DNA of 64,000 nt from Micavibrio sp. UBA2400 (GTDB lineage: Bacteria > Pseudomonadota > Alphaproteobacteria > UBA2400). Shown one piece after another: positions 59,091 through 64,000 of the stretch (positions within the stretch are counted from its first letter, which is position 1; every line of letters starts with the position of its first letter). The stretch is from positions 124,945 through 188,944 of the forward strand of contig DDSC01000018.1 in the NCBI GenBank assembly GCA_002343265.1, given 5' to 3'. Under the pieces are notes generated by a model, which saw only the letters and a program-made list of their open reading frames with translations, was not told where the DNA came from and made no database searches. The translations under genes were made by a program, and so were the position numbers.

Positions 59091-61025
59091 ATGCGTTTCA
59101 CAATCGCCCGTAAACTTTGTCTAGCTGCGATCCTCTTCATTATCCCTCTAGGGGCAGCGCTCTGGGAGCTGGTGAAGTCGCAAAACGTAGCGATTGATTT
59201 TGCGCGAAAAGAGATTGTCGGCGTTCAGTATCTCCGCGATGTCGCGCGCGTTCATTTTGGTCTCAGCCGGGCGGATCTGGGCCTCACCTCGGCGCCAACC
59301 GGAGCGGACGAGGTGATTGCGGCCACAGAATCCCGCTACGGCGCCGACCTGCAGTCGGCCGACACAGCCGCAGCTACAGTTGCCGCCCTGAAAGGCAGTG
59401 TCAGCAAAGACAAGCATGATACGTTGCGGGCCCTGATTTCCCGTGTGGGCGATAAATCAAACCTCATCCTTGATCCTGATCTCGACAGCTTTTACGAGAT
59501 GGATATCATCGTCGTCAAACTCCCCGACATCCTTGACCGGGTGACCGAGCTGGCTCTAGCGTCCAAAGCGGCCTACGCTGACGGCTATATCGATACCGAT
59601 GAAAAACTCAACCTGCTGGTGCTGAAGGCCGGGTTGCAGACGGTGACCGGCGGGTTGGCCGGGTCTCTGGACTCCGCCTATAGCGGTAACGCCGATGGCA
59701 GCGTTGAGAAAGCGCTGGCCTCCCCCTATGCTGCTTACAGCGCAGCGGTGGTCAATATCGTCGATCTCTGGCAGGATCGGGCTCCGACTAGAGCCGAGCT
59801 GGCCGCCGCGATCGACAGTCTTGAGAATTTGTACACCGTAACCTCGGCTGATCTTGAGCGGCTACTCAACACGCGTATTAACGGGTTCCTGACCGCGCAG
59901 CACTGGACACTGTTACAGGAAGGTATGCTGTTCCTGGCGGTCATGGCTGTCATTCTGGCGATCATCATCAAAGGTGTTGCCAGCCCGCTGGCCCGCATGA
60001 CGGCGCGGATGCGGACACTGGCCGAGAATGATCTGGATACACCGATCCCCTTCGCCGGTCGGGCGGATGAAATCGGCGACATGGCCGGTGCCCTCAAGGT
60101 ATTCCAGACCAGTCTGATTAATTCTGAAAAGATGCGGGTTGAAGAGGCGCGGCGGGTGCAGGAGGAAATGCGCAAGCATGAACATACGGCCAACCTGCTG
60201 ATGGAATTTGAACAGGCGATTCAGGCGGTGGTTGATACCGTGAGCCGCTCGGCCTACGACATGAAGCAATTTGCGCAATCCCTGCACAATACGGCCGATG
60301 ATGCCAATCACCGCGCCACCAGCGTGGCCGCTGCGTCCGAGCAGGCGGCGGCGAATGTCGCCACAGTAGCCTCGGCCACGGAAGAGCTGACAGCTTCAAT
60401 TCAGGAAATCAATCGCCAGGTCGAGGATTCCACCCGGACCGCCAGTGCCGCTGTGCAGGAGGCGCACAACACGAACCGGACTGTGGGGTCGCTCGCCGAG
60501 GCAGCAGCCAAGATTGGCGATGTCGTGCAACTGATCAGCGAGATTGCCAATCAGACCAACTTACTTGCCCTCAATGCCACCATCGAAGCCGCCCGCGCCG
60601 GTGAGGCCGGTAAGGGCTTTGCCGTCGTTGCCAGTGAGGTGAAGAATCTGGCCAGCCAGACCGCTAAAGCGACCGAAGACATTACGGCGCAGATCCAGTC
60701 GATGCAGAGTGCCGCACAGGACGCCGTCCGGGCAATCAACGGCATCAGCGGCACAATTGAGCGCATCAACGGGATCAGCTCGGCCATCGCGGCAGCGGTT
60801 GAACAGCAAGGCGCGGCGACGTCCGAAATTTCCCGCAATGTGCAGGAAGCGGCAATCGGCACCAAGGACGTGTCAGCCAACATTGGTAATGTCAGCACAG
60901 CTGCAAGTGAGACCACGCGCGTGGCCGGTCAGGTTCTGGATGCGGCTGGCGCATTGTCCGGCGAGGCCGAGCACCTTAAACAGGAAGTTGATGGCTTCCT
61001 CGGGCGTATCCGCGACGCTGGATAA
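59091..61025 (+). CDS. Methyl-accepting chemotaxis protein (N-terminal sensor, TM, HAMP, MCP signalling domain)
   Basis: Highly conserved MA core ([32 protein letters not shown]), HAMP after TM2. Confidence 0.85.
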   Translation: MRFTIARKLCLAAILFIIPLGAALWELVKSQNVAIDFARKEIVGVQYLRDVARVHFGLSRADLGLTSAPTGADEVIAATESRYGADLQSADTAAATVAALKGSVSKDKHDTLRALISRVGDKSNLILDPDLDSFYEMDIIVVKLPDILDRVTELALASKAAYADGYIDTDEKLNLLVLKAGLQTVTGGLAGSLDSAYSGNADGSVEKALASPYAAYSAAVVNIVDLWQDRAPTRAELAAAIDSLENLYTVTSADLERLLNTRINGFLTAQHWTLLQEGMLFLAVMAVILAIIIKGVASPLARMTARMRTLAENDLDTPIPFAGRADEIGDMAGALKVFQTSLINSEKMRVEEARRVQEEMRKHEHTANLLMEFEQAIQAVVDTVSRSAYDMKQFAQSLHNTADDANHRATSVAAASEQAAANVATVASATEELTASIQEINRQVEDSTRTASAAVQEAHNTNRTVGSLAEAAAKIGDVVQLISEIANQTNLLALNATIEAARAGEAGKGFAVVASEVKNLASQTAKATEDITAQIQSMQSAAQDAVRAINGISGTIERINGISSAIAAAVEQQGAATSEISRNVQEAAIGTKDVSANIGNVSTAASETTRVAGQVLDAAGALSGEAEHLKQEVDGFLGRIRDAG

Positions 61026-61052
61026 ACCTGCGTTCAGATCGCTAGTCAATCA

Positions 61053-61082
61053 AGGGCGCCTGATGCCGACATCAGGCGCCCT
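61053..61082 (+). terminator. Strong hairpin after the MCP gene: AGGGCGCCTGATG-CCGA-CATCAGGCGCCCT (13-bp perfect stem)
   Basis: Read directly; the U-tract is weak (AATCTATT), so it may be rho-dependent or bidirectional. Confidence 0.5.
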
Positions 61083-61171
61083 AATCTATTGGAAAGCTTA
61101 GAAAACCTGACGTTTAAGGGTGTTTTAGGTTCCCTCGGCTAGACTGAGGTGAATAGGACTGGAGTATTACC

Positions 61172-61444
61172 ATGACCAAGCCAACCAAGCCGAACGACAG
61201 GATTGATATGTCCAAATTGAGATCGCCCGCTTGCGAGGCGGCGCGCGATACTCTGGGACAAGTTGAAACAGCTTATCAAAAAGTCCTTGATGCGGCCGCA
61301 CTCGGCTCGGTACAGCCCGGTCAAGCCCGGATGGCGGCCCAGGTTCTGGATGACCATCATAAAAAGGTGGAAGACTCCTGCGGTGCCCCAGCAGCTAAAC
61401 TGCCCCCCAGACCGGCCCGCCCCGCCAGCGGGCCTAAACCCTAG
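61172..61444 (+). CDS. Hypothetical small protein (90 aa)
   Basis: Complete ORF, no motifs. Confidence 0.25.
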   Translation: MTKPTKPNDRIDMSKLRSPACEAARDTLGQVETAYQKVLDAAALGSVQPGQARMAAQVLDDHHKKVEDSCGAPAAKLPPRPARPASGPKP

Positions 61445-62346
61445 TGCAAGGGTTGCTCCGGCCCCGGTGAATCGCCGCGCAGCCGAGTGACTTCGTCCGC
61501 TGTAAAATTATAAAGACGAGCGCAGAACTGGCAGCGCACTTCGGCCGGGCCTTGTTGGGTTAGCTCAGCCAGATCGTCTGCCGTCAAGGTTTGCAATACG
61601 CCCACGACGCGCTCGCGCGTACAGCGGCAGCGATCATCCAGCGCCAGCGGCTCGTACACGCGCACCTCCTCCTCGTGGAACAAGCGGAACAGCAGTTCAT
61701 TGGTACCGAGCTGCGGGTCGCACAACTCGCGCTCTTTCACCGTGTCCAGTAAAAGCCGACTGCGGTGCCAACCATCATCATCCAGCGCTTTGTCCCGCTC
61801 GGGCAAGCGTTGCAGCATGATGCCACCCGCTTGCCAGCCCTGCAGCGGATCACGCCGCACGGCTATCTGAAAGGCGGTATCAATCTGTTCGGACTGCTTG
61901 AAATAGTAGGTTATAAACTCCGTCAGCGTTTCGCCCTGCAGTTCAACCAGCCCCTGATAGCGCTCGGTGCTGCCACTTTGATCGACCGTTAGCGCGAGAT
62001 AGCCGCCGCCCAGCAGCTCCTGCGCCGTCGGTGTTTTGCCCAAAACCGTGAGCTGTTCTGGTGAGAAGCGGGCATAGGCACGCAAATGGCCCTGCGAGGT
62101 AATGTCAGCCACCAGTGTGCTTATCGCACCATTGCCCTTCACCTGCAGAGTAAAGACGCCGTCAAACTTGAGCATTCCGGCCAACAGGGCGGCCAAGGTC
62201 ACGGCCTCGGCCAGCAAGCGGGCGATGACTGGCGGATAGTCATGCCGGACAATCAGGGAATCCAGCACCGGACCCAGCCGCACCGCGCGCCCGCGCAGAT
62301 TAGGGATATCCAGCTGAAACGGCTGGACCAGATCAGTGTCGCTCAT
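61441..62346 (-). CDS. hslO: Redox-regulated chaperone Hsp33 (start taken at MSDTDLV; the ORF extends to 62406)
   Basis: C-terminal zinc centre C.C....C..C (CRCTRE...CQFCARLY), Hsp33 N-domain. Confidence 0.75.
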   Translation of the reverse strand: MSDTDLVQPFQLDIPNLRGRAVRLGPVLDSLIVRHDYPPVIARLLAEAVTLAALLAGMLKFDGVFTLQVKGNGAISTLVADITSQGHLRAYARFSPEQLTVLGKTPTAQELLGGGYLALTVDQSGSTERYQGLVELQGETLTEFITYYFKQSEQIDTAFQIAVRRDPLQGWQAGGIMLQRLPERDKALDDDGWHRSRLLLDTVKERELCDPQLGTNELLFRLFHEEEVRVYEPLALDDRCRCTRERVVGVLQTLTADDLAELTQQGPAEVRCQFCARLYNFTADEVTRLRGDSPGPEQPLH

Positions 62347-63514
62347 GCAGTCGCTCTTGGCATGCCGCGCGGGTTTTTTCAACCGCTTCGTCAATCTCGG
62401 CTTCACGCACCGTTAGCGGAGGGACAAAGCGCAGCACATCCTTGCCCGCGCCCGCACCAATCAGCTTGTGCTTGAGCAGCAGGCGATGCATGTCTGCATA
62501 CTCCTCGGTGAGCTGAAGGCCCAGCATAAGGCCTTTGCCACGCACATCCTTTATCAGGGTCGGAAATTCCTGCATCAACTGGCGAAACTTGAAATCTGCA
62601 TAGGCCGACACTGTGTTGACATGCGCCAGCACGCCAGGCTCGGTAATCATGTTGAGCACTTCTTCAGCCACCGCCATGGCCAGCGGGTTGCCGCCATACG
62701 TTGTGCCGTGGCTACCAACGGTCATTTCCGCTGCCGCCGCTTCGGTGGCCAGACAGGCACCCACCGGAAAACCGCCACCTAAACTCTTGGCAATGCACAT
62801 CACATCCGGCTTCACGCCCGCCTGCTCATAGGCCCACAGTGTGCCGGTACGGCCCATGCCGCATTGAATTTCATCAAGGAACAACAGCAGACCATGCTTG
62901 TCGCACAGCGCGCGCGCCGCTTTCAGGTAGGCGGTGGTAGCCGGGGTGATTCCCCCCTCACCTTGCACAGTTTCAAAGTGAATGGCCCCCGTTTGCGGAG
63001 TGATGGCTTTTTCTAGCGCCTCGATATCATTAAACGGCACCTGATCGAATCCGTCCACCAGCGGACCAAAGCCATCGCACATCTTGGGCGTCTTCGCAGC
63101 CGAAATCGCGGCAATGGTACGACCATGGAACAGACCCTGTGCCACGATGATACGGTTACGCTCCGGCTGCCCCTTACCCCAGAAATGGCGGCGGATGATT
63201 TTCACTCCACACTCCCACGCTTCCACCCCTGAGTTGGTAAAGAACACAGTATCAGCAAAGCTGACTTGCTTGAGTTTCTCGGCCACGCGCTGCTGACCGG
63301 GCACCACAAACATATTGGAGACGATCCATACCTTGTTTGCCTGCTCAGTCAGCGCTTTGATGAGGCGCGGGTTGGCATGGCCGAAGGCACAGACGGCAAT
63401 TCCGGCGACAAAGTCAAGATAGCGAGTGCCATCCGCAGTAAACAGGTTGCAGCCTTCGCCGCGCACAAACTGGATGTCCGCGCGCTTATACACGGGCAGG
63501 ACGGAATTAATCAT
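62333..63514 (-). CDS. argD: Class III aminotransferase, acetylornithine aminotransferase-like (start MINSVLPVYKR after a GGAGG RBS)
   Basis: PLP-lysine region, conserved N-term PVYKRADIQFVRGEGCNLFTADGTRYLDF; 393 aa. Confidence 0.8.
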   Translation of the reverse strand: MINSVLPVYKRADIQFVRGEGCNLFTADGTRYLDFVAGIAVCAFGHANPRLIKALTEQANKVWIVSNMFVVPGQQRVAEKLKQVSFADTVFFTNSGVEAWECGVKIIRRHFWGKGQPERNRIIVAQGLFHGRTIAAISAAKTPKMCDGFGPLVDGFDQVPFNDIEALEKAITPQTGAIHFETVQGEGGITPATTAYLKAARALCDKHGLLLFLDEIQCGMGRTGTLWAYEQAGVKPDVMCIAKSLGGGFPVGACLATEAAAAEMTVGSHGTTYGGNPLAMAVAEEVLNMITEPGVLAHVNTVSAYADFKFRQLMQEFPTLIKDVRGKGLMLGLQLTEEYADMHRLLLKHKLIGAGAGKDVLRFVPPLTVREAEIDEAVEKTRAACQERLHERH

Positions 63515-63562
63515 GGCGTTGCCTCCTTGAGCTTTTGCCCAGTCTAGCGCAAATTGGTAAAA

Positions 63563-64000
63563 ATGCCGAGACAGCTCACCGCCACCAGCCTTTATAACAG
63601 TGCCGTCCATTATCTCGAGCGCTATGCGGCCAGTCGCGCTGGCGTCAAAGCCGTGCTGCAGCGCAACCTGCAACGTCGCGCCCGCCGGGGCGAGGAGATT
63701 CCGCCAGATGCACCGCGCTGGATTGAGCAGACACTGGAAAAACTGGAAAAGCTGGGCTTTCTGAACGATACGGCCTTTGCCGAAACCAAGCTGGTGGCGC
63801 TACGCCGCGCTGGAGCCTCCACGCGCACTATCAAAATGAAGCTGGCGCAAAAAGGTATCGGCGCGGCCACCCTGGCGCAGGTACTGGAGGGCGATGAAAG
63901 TAATGATGAGCAAGCCGCGCTGGCCTACGCCCGCCGCCGCCGCCTGGGACCTTTTGCCGACCCGCGCACCCGCGCCGAAAAACGCGACAAGCATATTGCG
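63563..64000 (+). CDS. recX: RecX-like regulatory protein, 5' part (runs off the right edge)
   Basis: N-term ...SLYNSAVHYLERYAASRAGVKAVL... and repeated helical RecX motifs. Confidence 0.55.
   Translation, partial: MPRQLTATSLYNSAVHYLERYAASRAGVKAVLQRNLQRRARRGEEIPPDAPRWIEQTLEKLEKLGFLNDTAFAETKLVALRRAGASTRTIKMKLAQKGIGAATLAQVLEGDESNDEQAALAYARRRRLGPFADPRTRAEKRDKHIA

Noticed and set aside
1-64000. CRISPR arrays, IS/transposase genes, rRNA operons, prophage blocks
   Set aside because: No spaced direct-repeat arrays, no transposase or integrase ORFs other than chromosomal xerD, and no rRNA-like sequence were seen on either strand.

Overview
This is a high-GC (~63%) chromosomal segment of a flagellated alphaproteobacterium. 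I take the Caulobacter-type class II gene order fliF-fliG-flbE(fliH-like)-fliN-flbD-flhA and the FlbD sequence as the main evidence for that placement. Genes are called from the six-frame ORF track plus reading both strands by eye.

Contents, left to right:
- A partial Pro/Ala-rich gene running off the left edge.
- A flhF-flhG-NUDIX operon.
- A lower-GC insert carrying a hypothetical gene, a DUF411 protein and a prepilin-type protein.
- The flagellar block flhA, flbD, fliN, fliH-like, fliG, fliF, with a TTAA-rich divergent promoter region shared with degP.
- An orphan SF2 helicase, then apaG, an ompA-family lipoprotein and a DUF45/M48 hydrolase.
- pgk, and the conserved rpmH-rnpA-yidD-yidC-engB cluster with a recognisable sigma-70 promoter.
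- A GGDEF sensor and two tandem membrane proteins.
- truA-fmt-def, a MarR regulator, xth, and a GT-C-type (GT87/DUF2029-like) membrane glycosyltransferase.
- tRNA-Val(GAC) with a nearby 19-nt duplicate of its 3' end.
- corC, xerD, a YbjQ-YbjQ-M48 operon, a lower-GC TraB/GumN-like gene, and accA.
- A DUF2233/NUDIX pair followed by rmuC-recR-ybaB-dnaX.
- A low-GC islet with two small unannotated genes.
- A leucine dehydrogenase-like gene and a stand-alone ClpA/B D1-like AAA ATPase.
- A three-gene operon orthologous to the mycobacterial decaprenyl-phospho-arabinose pathway (UbiA-type phosphoribosyltransferase, DprE1, DprE2).
- comM, a low-GC Mrr-type restriction enzyme, HIT, GNAT, TetR, an MCP, hslO, argD and a partial recX.

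The most notable system is the DprE1/DprE2/UbiA polyprenyl-phospho-arabinose biosynthesis operon in a Gram-negative flagellate. It sits next to an orphan Clp-D1 ATPase, and the window also holds a candidate GT-C glycosyltransferase and a pilin-like gene elsewhere. I found no CRISPR arrays, IS elements or rRNA.
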